Virus record (IMG/VR): IMGVR_UViG_3300006226_000022
Length of the DNA stretch: 64,000 nt
Direction: 5' to 3' (one strand)
Source: a virus
This document shows, piece by piece, positions 20,087 through 29,980 of this stretch. The notes under the pieces were generated by a model. That model saw only the letters and a program-made list of their open reading frames with translations. It was not told the DNA's origin and did no database searches. How positions within the stretch are numbered: the first letter of the stretch is position 1; each line of letters begins with the position of its first letter. The position numbers were made by a program, and so were the translations under genes.

Positions 20087-21718
20087 CTAAACAATACGGC
20101 ATATTTCAAAACTATAAACAACACGCAAAATATCCTCCGCTTCCTTTATAATCGGAATCGACAAATTCGCCCCTGACCATACCGTATCTATCACCACATC
20201 GCACATAGTTTTACCTTGTTCCGTACCAACAACCACCATCTGTCCAACTCCATTTTTATTATGGACAAACTGATAACTCCCATAATAATCATAACTATCA
20301 TTAACTTCTTCGCCGGTTTCCTCTTCAATTCGCGTACATTCTAACGCATCAATCGTGTAATTGTTTGCAAAAAGTACAAATCTTCGCACAGTAAACGCAG
20401 GCGGTTCTTTATCGACATCTATCACAAGGCAAGCACCAAACACCACACCAGGTGCCCCAAATTCAACAACAGAACCACCATTAATAATTTTGGTTACAGG
20501 TAAATAATACTCCTTGCGGCTAATGTCCCAAAATCCTGTAAAATAACCATTATCCGCAGTTTTTGATGTCTTGCAGCCAAATACATACGGAAAAACTCCG
20601 ACTTGTTCCCAAACACCTTGCACCGCGTTCCCATCACAAAGCGAATCTACAGAAATACGCTGTCGATATAATTTTGCAATCCCATTATGAACACCGCCAG
20701 AAATAAACACTTCGATATTCTCGCCACGCGAAACCAAAACAGGCGTACTGGCTTGACCTTCTGTAATGTAATCGTCGTCCAATACCAAATCCAACGAAGC
20801 TTCCATCATTGACAGAAAAGTTCCATATTTGTACAATAATCGCACACCAAAGCTGCCATCAACAACACCTCCATTTGGTGCTTCTTCTGTATCCGTAGCT
20901 CCAACCAATATAGCCTTAACAAGAGCGTAGACACCTTCACCATTGTCCACAAACAATCCACCAGACCATGAAACATCATCTTTATCAGGTATAGGCACAT
21001 CCAAAAAATCAGGCAATAGGTCTGAAACATTACCTGACAAAGTGGAAAACATTCGCAAACCTCCACCATCCCATTGCTTCACAATGTTAGTAGTCGGCAC
21101 TCCTCGCTCATGTGTGTGGTGTAATGCGTACTTGCCGCTACCCCCCAAAAACATATCCGTTGCTCGCCGCGTCATAATAACACCAATAGGCGATGCAGCC
21201 ATTTGTTCTGCACTCTGCCCAAGTACCACAGATAAAATTTCGCCTTCAATGGGATCAGCATCGGCATCAACAGGATTACGGTATTCAAACGTATACCGAA
21301 CCTTACCTGATGTCGCCATTCCACACATCAAATCCACACGCCTCAATCCATGTGCTTCATTTGAATACCCACATCCAGACGCATCAGGGGAATCGTTATA
21401 AAACATAACACTGGTTTCATCAAGAGTCGTCTGATCAAATCGCAAAAACGGAAGACTAATCATATCTGGTGTGATAGATACATGCCTATTCAAGCAATAA
21501 ACACCAAACTGTGAAGGCAAAGACGTAACAACCTGCCCATTGCCAACATCCCCACTACCAAAGATGTTTTTTAGCCCATCAGTACATGACAGCCCCGCAG
21601 CAAGCACTTGTGTCATTGCAGCCCGCGTAAGCTTGTTTTTTGTACTTTGATGTTTGACGTTGCCATCTCTATCCTCTACGAAAACATCAACAGTACCAAC
21701 AATATCGAGCTTTTCCAT
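20087..21718 (-). CDS. hypothetical structural-region protein
   Basis: 543-aa minus ORF. Confidence 0.45.
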   Translation of the reverse strand: MEKLDIVGTVDVFVEDRDGNVKHQSTKNKLTRAAMTQVLAAGLSCTDGLKNIFGSGDVGNGQVVTSLPSQFGVYCLNRHVSITPDMISLPFLRFDQTTLDETSVMFYNDSPDASGCGYSNEAHGLRRVDLMCGMATSGKVRYTFEYRNPVDADADPIEGEILSVVLGQSAEQMAASPIGVIMTRRATDMFLGGSGKYALHHTHERGVPTTNIVKQWDGGGLRMFSTLSGNVSDLLPDFLDVPIPDKDDVSWSGGLFVDNGEGVYALVKAILVGATDTEEAPNGGVVDGSFGVRLLYKYGTFLSMMEASLDLVLDDDYITEGQASTPVLVSRGENIEVFISGGVHNGIAKLYRQRISVDSLCDGNAVQGVWEQVGVFPYVFGCKTSKTADNGYFTGFWDISRKEYYLPVTKIINGGSVVEFGAPGVVFGACLVIDVDKEPPAFTVRRFVLFANNYTIDALECTRIEEETGEEVNDSYDYYGSYQFVHNKNGVGQMVVVGTEQGKTMCDVVIDTVWSGANLSIPIIKEAEDILRVVYSFEICRIV

Positions 21719-21732
21719 AACAATTATAAATT

Positions 21733-23331
21733 TTAAGTTTCAATTTTTTGCCGAACATTTGCCGTCAGTGTACCATAATTCGTCTCTATTTTTATTTTCC
21801 CAAACAGCGAATCAAGAACACCATCCCCAAGGAGCGGCAAAAAGTCCACATTATGCATGCTAACTAACGTATCGGTTATACAAACACCCGTATCAACATC
21901 AATAGTTTTACCGCTTATCATATAATAGACCCCATCGCACCGTGTAAGGGTATTTCCTACCGAAAGCTGCACAGGCATGTCCTCTTGTAACATACCTACT
22001 TTTTGAAACAAATCCAATCGGTATATTGTGAATTCATTCAAATCATTTAAAATCTGAATATTACACGAACGCATATTGCCTTCTGTATCATCTTTTTTAT
22101 TTAGGATTGTCAATAAATAACGATTGTCATGTAATGGTTTTACAGAATCATGTATCACTCGAGTTATCCCGCCAGCAGAAACAATCATTTCAATCATATC
22201 AATACGTTCAGAACTCGCCACATTTATTACACCTGACGACCCACCAGCAACCAGCACATCCACATCTGTTTTTGTTTTAGACAATTCCGCTACGGGATAT
22301 ACAAACTGTTTCTGATAACAGTCAATCAATGCCGGTTTAATACGCCCAAAAGTACCATTGGGGCTCATAATGGATATATCCACATCGAGCCATTTTCCAA
22401 CATCGCTTCTTTCAGCAACCCGAACAGTAAAACCTGGAATTTCTATTTCTCCAAAGGACACCACTGTCTTCCAAATAGCAAAATCGCTAAAATTTGACCA
22501 ACCACGCGCTTCGAGTTCATCCGATTCGACCAAACTAGGGACTCCCATTACACCAGAAATATCACCAGGCACATCACATCGAATTCGATTTACCATATCC
22601 TCATTGCCATAAATCGTAACATCTCCAGTCACCTGTGTCCCAAAAAGAAGTGGATTACTACCAACATCATTACTGTCCATGATGTATTTAAAACATACCA
22701 ACACTTCTCTATCTTCTGCAATTTGCGCATAGTTATTGGCGTATTGTTCCGCCAAAATATACAAAATATTATCAAACGCCTGAAAATCATTTGACGGAGC
22801 GGTCACTATGACATCGTCCTTGGGTATAATTTCATATTTTGTAGGGTATTTTACAATTTCTATCGGTATTTGCGTATTAGAAGAAGAGAGCACAGGCAAT
22901 ACTCGTAGCACAACATCGATAGAATACAACGCCAAAAGTGGATTTTCTATATCTGGACAATGTGTAATTACGGCATTTCCAACCACCGTAACAGATCCGG
23001 GAAAATTATGTGCGAAATCGTCCGCTGGTTTTACGTCATACACATCCAAATCAAACGTGTAAACATGCGTCCCGCCAGCACGTTGTCCGGGCACAAAAAC
23101 CGTTACAGGTAAATGTTTTACAACACGATCACAAGAATTAACCAATTCAACATTTATGACATAATTACCAGGTGCCTCATAATCATGCTCTAATAAATCC
23201 ACCGAATACAAATCAGTAAATTCAGACACATGCCCATCTCCCCAATCCACAAGGACATCAAACGGAGTCTCGCCCGCCACCTTGGGATAATCTGAAACAT
23301 GAACATAAATACGAGAATAAAAGTCAGTCAT
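21733..23331 (-). CDS. hypothetical structural-region protein
   Basis: 532-aa minus ORF. Confidence 0.45.
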   Translation of the reverse strand: MTDFYSRIYVHVSDYPKVAGETPFDVLVDWGDGHVSEFTDLYSVDLLEHDYEAPGNYVINVELVNSCDRVVKHLPVTVFVPGQRAGGTHVYTFDLDVYDVKPADDFAHNFPGSVTVVGNAVITHCPDIENPLLALYSIDVVLRVLPVLSSSNTQIPIEIVKYPTKYEIIPKDDVIVTAPSNDFQAFDNILYILAEQYANNYAQIAEDREVLVCFKYIMDSNDVGSNPLLFGTQVTGDVTIYGNEDMVNRIRCDVPGDISGVMGVPSLVESDELEARGWSNFSDFAIWKTVVSFGEIEIPGFTVRVAERSDVGKWLDVDISIMSPNGTFGRIKPALIDCYQKQFVYPVAELSKTKTDVDVLVAGGSSGVINVASSERIDMIEMIVSAGGITRVIHDSVKPLHDNRYLLTILNKKDDTEGNMRSCNIQILNDLNEFTIYRLDLFQKVGMLQEDMPVQLSVGNTLTRCDGVYYMISGKTIDVDTGVCITDTLVSMHNVDFLPLLGDGVLDSLFGKIKIETNYGTLTANVRQKIET

Positions 23332-24704
23332 TATAAATTCAAAAAATATCGATGAATCTGAACTGCATGTTCAGCCACAACACGAAAGTCAACACCAAAC
23401 GATCCTAAAGGTGCCTGAACAATAACTTGGTACGAATTATCAAATGGAGATTCCACACATGATACACCACTATCTATATCAAATCCATCTCGAATATGTG
23501 CTGTAACAACATTCTTACCATGATGCTGAAACAACCATTCGTAATCAATAAATTCATGCGTATATTCAATCCCATCCGTTGCATCACTATCCAGGCAGAT
23601 ATTATCGTCAATCTCAACCTCAACTACTCGCGGTGGATTAGGTAATGTTCCTTGATCCGATTCGTACAATACTGCAAATCCATCGGGATACTCACCATCA
23701 GCGCAAACAGCCTGTGGAAAATGAAAAACGAACTCAACTTCCTTTATGGCAGAATCAGACCTAATATCAAGGAGCAGTCGTTGGTAGTTTTTCAGCGGAT
23801 CTAAAAAATCATATTCTTTCAAACAAAAAGAACCAAACTCAAACGAACACAATAATTCATCATTCCTATGAACAAAAAACGGTTTTTTATTTAGCAGTAA
23901 ATTCAAATCACCATCGCTGCTACCAGGGAAAAATGTAAATGAACCACTACTACCCGAACTACCACTAAAGTCAACATTAAAATTCCCACCATAAGTTGCC
24001 CGTGCACTCTCTTCATCATAAATATCAGGGGCAAAAAGTATAGGATTATGCAAGCCAACTATGTCAAATCTATACTGCCGCCCGCCAACAAGTGAAATAT
24101 CGACATTTACAAAATCAGGTTCACCATTGGGGTTGACAAATCTTATCGTTCGAGTCGAATTTGGATTATTGATATGTGAACATACCACATGATCCACCCC
24201 ATACAAAGTCTGAGGCGTAAGACACTGCCAATAGGGATAGCCAGGTGCAGGCATTTTCCAACGCATATCCAATGTAATGAGCGAATCAAGAGGATAGTCA
24301 GGATGGTTTAACTGAAAATTGACCGAAGCAAAAATCGTAAATGGTGTAAAACCAGAACCCCCTGTTATATTTTCAATAGGTATAGGTTCCGATACACTTG
24401 TTGCTATCACGCCATATTGTGGCAAATGCAGCTGCAAAATGTAGTTTCCTGCTGCAATATCCGCTGCACTTGTCGGATATCCAATTGGAAATACTTCAAA
24501 GTTAAAACCATCTCCTAGCATCGCAAAATCGCGAAGATGGTGTACCACATGTGTTTTTATCAATCTTGCATGATACTTACCAAAAACACTATTCTGTATG
24601 CCTATTTTGTCCGCTGCCACATAATGCACATAAGGCACCTCATTCCCACACGGCGGACGTGTAAGAGTTATTTCGTTAACATGAGATTCAGGAACAGTGG
24701 ACAT
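23331..24704 (-). CDS. hypothetical structural-region protein
   Basis: 457-aa minus ORF; start overlaps the stop of 21733..23331. Confidence 0.45.
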   Translation of the reverse strand: MSTVPESHVNEITLTRPPCGNEVPYVHYVAADKIGIQNSVFGKYHARLIKTHVVHHLRDFAMLGDGFNFEVFPIGYPTSAADIAAGNYILQLHLPQYGVIATSVSEPIPIENITGGSGFTPFTIFASVNFQLNHPDYPLDSLITLDMRWKMPAPGYPYWQCLTPQTLYGVDHVVCSHINNPNSTRTIRFVNPNGEPDFVNVDISLVGGRQYRFDIVGLHNPILFAPDIYDEESARATYGGNFNVDFSGSSGSSGSFTFFPGSSDGDLNLLLNKKPFFVHRNDELLCSFEFGSFCLKEYDFLDPLKNYQRLLLDIRSDSAIKEVEFVFHFPQAVCADGEYPDGFAVLYESDQGTLPNPPRVVEVEIDDNICLDSDATDGIEYTHEFIDYEWLFQHHGKNVVTAHIRDGFDIDSGVSCVESPFDNSYQVIVQAPLGSFGVDFRVVAEHAVQIHRYFLNL

Positions 24705-24722
24705 CGCATCATTATAGTCGAT

Positions 24723-24983
24723 TCATTTATGATTATAACGCTTCAAAGCAGCAAAAGACATATCATATAAAAAGTCCCGATGATAATTCCCACACTGCGT
24801 TCTGATATTTGCCTCCACTCGCGATTTAACACGATGAGTCGATAAAACCAATCGTATCGGTTCTAAATCCATCACATTAGATTCGGATATTTGAAGGTCG
24901 CCATTAACCCACACATCAAGACTATACGGCAGATGTTTTTCTTCCAATTTCAAATCAGGGAAAAACACAGTAAAAGTGTACAT
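24723..24983 (-). CDS. hypothetical protein
   Basis: 86-aa minus ORF. Confidence 0.3.
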   Translation of the reverse strand: MYTFTVFFPDLKLEEKHLPYSLDVWVNGDLQISESNVMDLEPIRLVLSTHRVKSRVEANIRTQCGNYHRDFLYDMSFAALKRYNHK

Positions 24984-25119
24984 CTACATTAAAACGCAAA
25001 AGAAACGCAATGCCTGCGTTATTTTAGCATGTTTCAGCACCAAAAGAAAATAAAATAGTGTGTACACGACAAACAAGAAGTTCACAAAGAATTTTCGTGC
25101 ACACACTCACGTATAGCGA

Positions 25120-25165
25120 TAAGTGTTCCTTACGAAAGGGATTTCCTTACCGGTTAAAACGCGTT
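25120..25165 (-). repeat. solo copy of TnpB-IS end-like element (ccttacg-a-aaggg hairpin + GGATTTCCTTACCGGTTAAA)
   Basis: Same 20-nt flank as the copies at 33290 and 62983 (next to the TnpB IS); the TAA of a small ORF lies inside TTTAACCGG. Confidence 0.4.
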
Positions 25166-25303
25166 TCCGGTTTCCCAAGCAGTAGCCATCCAACGCTGAT
25201 TTTCATCATCCCAGTCCATGTCCTTCATGACAAGTTCTTCGACTGCATCGCAAAAGTCGAAATAGTTATCGTCATAATCATCAAGATCGTGCGTACCGTA
25301 CAT
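25154..25303 (-). CDS. small acidic protein (49 aa), below the ORF-track cutoff
   Basis: MYGTHDLDDYDDNYFDFCDAVEELVMKDMDWDDENQRWMATAWETGNAF; stop embedded in the IS-end-like repeat. Confidence 0.25.
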   Translation of the reverse strand: MYGTHDLDDYDDNYFDFCDAVEELVMKDMDWDDENQRWMATAWETGNAF

Positions 25304-25458
25304 AGTAAAACTCCATTTTTCGCCGAGCGGTTATATGTCAATAAGGCGAAGTTTTATCGACACACTTGATTGAAAAATAGAATTACAAAACGAAAAACGC
25401 CTAGTCAAATGAAATATTTGACCAGGCGCACTTACAACAAAACAAATAAATGAAAACA

Positions 25459-26739
25459 TTAGGGCGGCGTAGGAATATACACTGAAGGTGCAGTCCTCAA
25501 ATCCAAAAAATCAACCCAGCCGTCATCTTCCCAATCAACATCTTCACTTCGATCCGGATCAGGAAGTCTATATTTTATAAAACCTTTTTCACATGTTCTA
25601 CCATCATCCGTTTTGGGAAAAGCGTTAAATTCGAATGACGAAGAAAAACTCAACACGCTCCCAGAACTTAAATCAACGTTCAATCCAGTGTAACTACCAA
25701 CAAACATCTTATTGAATTCCCATGCGCCATTACGTGCACATGCGTTGTCATTACCAATATACAATCGCACGTATCGGTCATTACCCGGTAAATGCAACCT
25801 AGAGCGTCTCTGCAAATCATTAGCCACAGCTAATGCTTTTTCATGTGCATGCAATACAGCGAAATTCGAACCATGTATTGTTGTGCTCATTTTAACATCA
25901 GTAGCACCAGCTATCGCAGATTGCCAACCTCCAGAACCTGCCGAACAACTATTTGCAGGAGTCTGTGTTGTGGTATCGAATGTCAGATTTGCCTGATTCA
26001 AACATAAATCCAACGCACTATTCATAGCATCGTTTACACTTTCACCAACACGAAGCATACAAGTTGTAGACGGAATTACACTACCACATGCAGGCGATGT
26101 CATATCAAAGAACCCCAATGCATTTGTGATATCTTCTGTGGGTATTCCGAACGTCAAGAATTCGTCACCAGGCCCTTGCCAGTCGGACATCCAGCCGACT
26201 TCCCACGTAATCGGGGCAAACGAACCATAATCAATACTTATGGTTATGTTATTTACGAGTGCAGCGATCTGATAAACATAACCTGAAATGTCCAATCCGC
26301 CATTCTCAGCCTCGAGATTGCCAGATTCAGGGCCGGAAAACCCTCTAAATAAAAATCTAGAGCCTGGAGTTAATGGCGGGAAACCGCCAACACCTCTAAT
26401 ACGTCCGGCGCATGAGCGAATACCGGCTATCTTCGCATTAAAACCTCTGGTGTTCGACGCTGTGTACGACTGAGTCGAAGTATTATTATCAAACGTCCAA
26501 GACTGGATACCCGATACAGTATTGCTATAATTTACATCTGACAAATTGGGCTGCAAACCATCAACAGTGGGCGCAGCTGCCTTGTCCCATCGAGTACTAG
26601 CCGCGTCCAATGTCCATCTATACGCACTGCTACCGATGCGTCCTGCCTGCTGCGACCAAATAGCACGACCGTCCGAATCTACACCCGTCGGTAAAATCCT
26701 CTGAACCGAACCGTATCGACCTGAAAATGTATTACCCAT
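25459..26739 (-). CDS. structural protein, tandem paralog of 26784..28184
   Basis: GNTFSGRYGSVQRILP / ATITGRYGAVQRLLP; VNYSNTVSGIQSWTFDNNTSTQSYTASN.RGFNAKIAGIRSCAGRIRGVGGFPPLTPGSRFLFRGFSGPE vs ANYSNMVSTMQSWTLDVNAATQTYTASNLLGYNAKYAGVKSCSGTIKGIGAFPPIRPGDRFLFMGFVGPE. Confidence 0.5.
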   Translation of the reverse strand: MGNTFSGRYGSVQRILPTGVDSDGRAIWSQQAGRIGSSAYRWTLDAASTRWDKAAAPTVDGLQPNLSDVNYSNTVSGIQSWTFDNNTSTQSYTASNTRGFNAKIAGIRSCAGRIRGVGGFPPLTPGSRFLFRGFSGPESGNLEAENGGLDISGYVYQIAALVNNITISIDYGSFAPITWEVGWMSDWQGPGDEFLTFGIPTEDITNALGFFDMTSPACGSVIPSTTCMLRVGESVNDAMNSALDLCLNQANLTFDTTTQTPANSCSAGSGGWQSAIAGATDVKMSTTIHGSNFAVLHAHEKALAVANDLQRRSRLHLPGNDRYVRLYIGNDNACARNGAWEFNKMFVGSYTGLNVDLSSGSVLSFSSSFEFNAFPKTDDGRTCEKGFIKYRLPDPDRSEDVDWEDDGWVDFLDLRTAPSVYIPTPP

Positions 26740-26783
26740 AATTCTTGTATTTATTTATGTTTCGATCCAAACGAATCAACATA

Positions 26784-28184
26784 TCAATGATTTTGCATTG
26801 TCGTTCTACTGCCATAACCAGCTGGTAAAAAGTTTGTCCTATATTTTGCGCCGTCGAAAAATGACTTCCAATCTGTATCAGACAGACGAGATGCCAAAGG
26901 AAGCCTGTATCGGATAAAACCATCTTCGCAACCGCTCGCTTCACCATCATCCGTGTATGTTTTGGGACTGGCGTTAAATTCCAACGTTGTCGAAAAACTA
27001 ACAATACTTCCACCGGAGGTATCTACATTCAAACCCGTAAAACCACCAACGTACATTTTGTTAAATTCCCACGCGCCACACGAATTCTTCTGCGGATTAC
27101 CTGTCGTATCAAAATAATTACCGAGATAAATGCGCATATAACGATCAGCTCCGGGATAAAATTTTGCACTTCGTCTACGGATGTGATCCGCATCGACCGC
27201 ACCATCTTTCCATACATCCTCTTCGGTATCTGCCTGTGGGCTAAAAACACCGAAACTCGAACCATGGACACTCGTAGTCAATTGGACATCAGTCGCTCCA
27301 ACGGTGGAGCATTGCCAACCGCCTGCCGCAGCCGAACATGAATTCGCAGTGGTGTTTGTCTGCGTCGTGAATCTAATCGCAGCAGATTCTAGACATGCTT
27401 TAAGCATCCTATCTTCGGAATCATCCTTGTTAAATTTAATTTCCATTGTGTATGTCTGTGACGGAAGCTCTTCACCACAAGGCACATCCGTGTAATCATA
27501 AAAGCCCCGATGGTTTTTCGGTGTTCCAACAACCCACAATTCATCGCCTGAAATTCTATAATCCGACTGCCACTGAACTTCCCACGTAATTGGCGAAAAA
27601 GTCCCATAATTGATATTGATGGTGATGCCTGTAGCTAAAGCGGCAACCTGATACACATATCCATTAACATTATCGTATTTTATTTCGTTTATGAGCATTT
27701 TGTCATTGGCATTTTCAGGCCCAACAAATCCCATAAACAAAAATCTATCACCGGGACGAATAGGCGGAAACGCGCCTATTCCTTTAATAGTACCACTACA
27801 AGATTTAACACCTGCATATTTGGCGTTATACCCAAGTAGGTTCGATGCGGTGTATGTTTGCGTCGCAGCATTTACGTCCAAAGTCCACGACTGCATGGTA
27901 CTAACCATGTTCGAATAATTCGCATTTTCAGGAAGAGTTAAATCTGGTTCTCGACCAGATTCTTGAATCTCCGCATGATTCATCCAACGCATAGACGGTA
28001 AAGCATGAGTCCATGAAGTTGCTTCTACGCGACCATCCACTCTTTCGTATCCAAAACCGTCCCAACCATAAATAGGCACATGACGTACGAGATCAACTTC
28101 ATTCTCCACATAATATTCGGCATAAACTGTTCTTCTAGGCAAAAGCCGTTGAACTGCGCCGTATCGTCCAGTGATCGTAGCCAT
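26784..28184 (-). CDS. structural protein, tandem paralog of 25459..26739
   Basis: see 25459..26739. Confidence 0.5.
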   Translation of the reverse strand: MATITGRYGAVQRLLPRRTVYAEYYVENEVDLVRHVPIYGWDGFGYERVDGRVEATSWTHALPSMRWMNHAEIQESGREPDLTLPENANYSNMVSTMQSWTLDVNAATQTYTASNLLGYNAKYAGVKSCSGTIKGIGAFPPIRPGDRFLFMGFVGPENANDKMLINEIKYDNVNGYVYQVAALATGITININYGTFSPITWEVQWQSDYRISGDELWVVGTPKNHRGFYDYTDVPCGEELPSQTYTMEIKFNKDDSEDRMLKACLESAAIRFTTQTNTTANSCSAAAGGWQCSTVGATDVQLTTSVHGSSFGVFSPQADTEEDVWKDGAVDADHIRRRSAKFYPGADRYMRIYLGNYFDTTGNPQKNSCGAWEFNKMYVGGFTGLNVDTSGGSIVSFSTTLEFNASPKTYTDDGEASGCEDGFIRYRLPLASRLSDTDWKSFFDGAKYRTNFLPAGYGSRTTMQNH

Positions 28185-28199
28185 AATCGTAATAAATGG

Positions 28200-28598
28200 T
28201 TAATTTTTTTTCTTTTTCGTTGCGAGCATATTAACAAGATTAACTTGATCTACCTCTTCGGCAGGTTTGACAGATACATCAACAGGTGCGACAACGTTTA
28301 CTGTAGGTTGTTCCTGATACCGTCCTAATTGTTTCTGCTTTTTTTTTACGCTTTCTGCTCGGAGTTTAATGGCTTCCTGTACTTCAGGAGAGAGTGATTT
28401 ATTCTCTCTTATGGCATTCTGCACAGATGGAAAACGCAACAATGCCGCCCTGTATTCCTTTGGTACTTTACTCGGATCACAATACCACACACCAGCAATG
28501 CAAATTGCATCAGATGGCAAGTTGTTTATCGAAATCAGATTCCCCTCAAAATTGATTTGCGAAGACATTGTGCTATCCAAATGAAAGGATTTGCACAT
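28200..28598 (-). CDS. hypothetical protein
   Basis: 132-aa minus ORF with Lys-rich C-terminus. Confidence 0.4.
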   Translation of the reverse strand: MCKSFHLDSTMSSQINFEGNLISINNLPSDAICIAGVWYCDPSKVPKEYRAALLRFPSVQNAIRENKSLSPEVQEAIKLRAESVKKKQKQLGRYQEQPTVNVVAPVDVSVKPAEEVDQVNLVNMLATKKKKN

Positions 28599-28647
28599 AT
28601 CATACAGAAATCACACCAATCCTTCAGAAAAAGCCTAAGAATAGACA

Positions 28648-28929
28648 CTAACGAACTGACGGTTTTTTTGCTCCGTTACCGTATTTAAGAAATTGGTCGA
28701 ACTCCGCTTTTTCAGTCGAATTCAACTTACCATACTCCTTCAAAAAAGATAAAAGATGTCTCCGTTTTGCGGGAGAATTAAACGGAACCATTTCGTATAA
28801 ATGCCTGAATTCTTCGTAAATACGAGGTTCTGGAGCGGGCTTAATCGGGCTATGTTGCTGTACAGGGAGGGGTGTCCTAACACGATACGGTGCATTTGAC
28901 GTAGATTTTGCAGTTGTTTTATTATGCAT
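28648..28929 (-). CDS. hypothetical protein
   Basis: 93-aa minus ORF preceded by a palindrome copy (28935..28964). Confidence 0.35.
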   Translation of the reverse strand: MHNKTTAKSTSNAPYRVRTPLPVQQHSPIKPAPEPRIYEEFRHLYEMVPFNSPAKRRHLLSFLKEYGKLNSTEKAEFDQFLKYGNGAKKPSVR

Positions 28930-28990
28930 TGACTTTTTAAATATACAATATTTAATAATTAAAATGTTTCGCTCGACAGTTCTTGAAATA

Positions 28991-29536
28991 TTATTTTTCT
29001 TTTGGCGGACGACCGCCTATATTACCTCTTAAAATATGATAAATATTACATGTGCAAACACCGTACTGTTCTGCCAGTGCCCTTACGGACACACCTTTAC
29101 GGTACGCCTTTCGAATTGCACCGTATTCTTTTTTTCTGATCTTTTGATTCCTGTGCTGTATTACATAAGGTAAATTATGTTCTTTACGTACGCGTTGAAC
29201 AACAAGATACGGCACATCAAGCCTTTTGGCGATATCCGTCACATAACACTCACCATTTTTCGGCCATATTGCCAAAATCCGCTCCACTATTTCCGGTGCT
29301 ACTGGCTTACGTGGTCTTTTCGGCTGAATTCTATCCCAGTGGACAACATGCCCATGCTTTTCACATTTTCTCAAAATCTGATGAACACGACCGTTTGTGA
29401 CGGGCGGGCATAATCGCTGCGCAATGTCCCGAAGAGTTCGTCCCTCATGCCACATTTCCAACACTTGCAACGCACGCTTCTCATCCCAAACTTGCGAACC
29501 GACTGAACTGGGTTTAACAGAACTTTTCTTTGGCAT
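28991..29536 (-). CDS. DNA-binding protein with repeated helix-turn-helix-like segments
   Basis: Three similar segments (LRDIAQRL..., TDIAKRLDVPYLVVQRVRK, VRALAEQYGVCTCNIYHILRG) typical of HTH; preceded by palindrome copy 29537..29568. Confidence 0.45.
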   Translation of the reverse strand: MPKKSSVKPSSVGSQVWDEKRALQVLEMWHEGRTLRDIAQRLCPPVTNGRVHQILRKCEKHGHVVHWDRIQPKRPRKPVAPEIVERILAIWPKNGECYVTDIAKRLDVPYLVVQRVRKEHNLPYVIQHRNQKIRKKEYGAIRKAYRKGVSVRALAEQYGVCTCNIYHILRGNIGGRPPKEK

Positions 29537-29567
29537 TTTTAAATATAAAATATTTAATAATTAAAAT

Positions 29568-29963
29568 TTAACCGCATGTGACTTCGATTGTCAAGTACTT
29601 ACTTTTGTACCCAATTGGGTAGCTCGCCTTTTGCGGTCTACCGAACTCGGCTATGGTGCTCTGGGCTTTTATCGTCACAGCAGTCGGAATCAGCAAGGGA
29701 TTTTTCAATTCTTGTGAGGACAAACCAGCCAAGAACTCCTCATCTCCTAACACGAGCACAGACCCCACAGAAAGCACGCGATCGGGGTAAACCGTAACTG
29801 CCCTTACGATGGTTTCGACATTATCGCTCATATGCAAATCATTTCGCACCGTATCCCATTTACCTTTTATAATAATAGGCTCATCAAAAATAGACTGTGC
29901 TGAAGCAGTGTACCCAGACAAATTAAACCACAAAATCGAATCTACCAAATACAGCCTTCTCAT
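29568..29963 (-). CDS. hypothetical protein
   Basis: 131-aa minus ORF; TTTCTATGAT motif 4 nt upstream of ATG. Confidence 0.4.
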   Translation of the reverse strand: MRRLYLVDSILWFNLSGYTASAQSIFDEPIIIKGKWDTVRNDLHMSDNVETIVRAVTVYPDRVLSVGSVLVLGDEEFLAGLSSQELKNPLLIPTAVTIKAQSTIAEFGRPQKASYPIGYKSKYLTIEVTCG

Positions 29964-29980
29964 AATGAATCATAGAAAAT

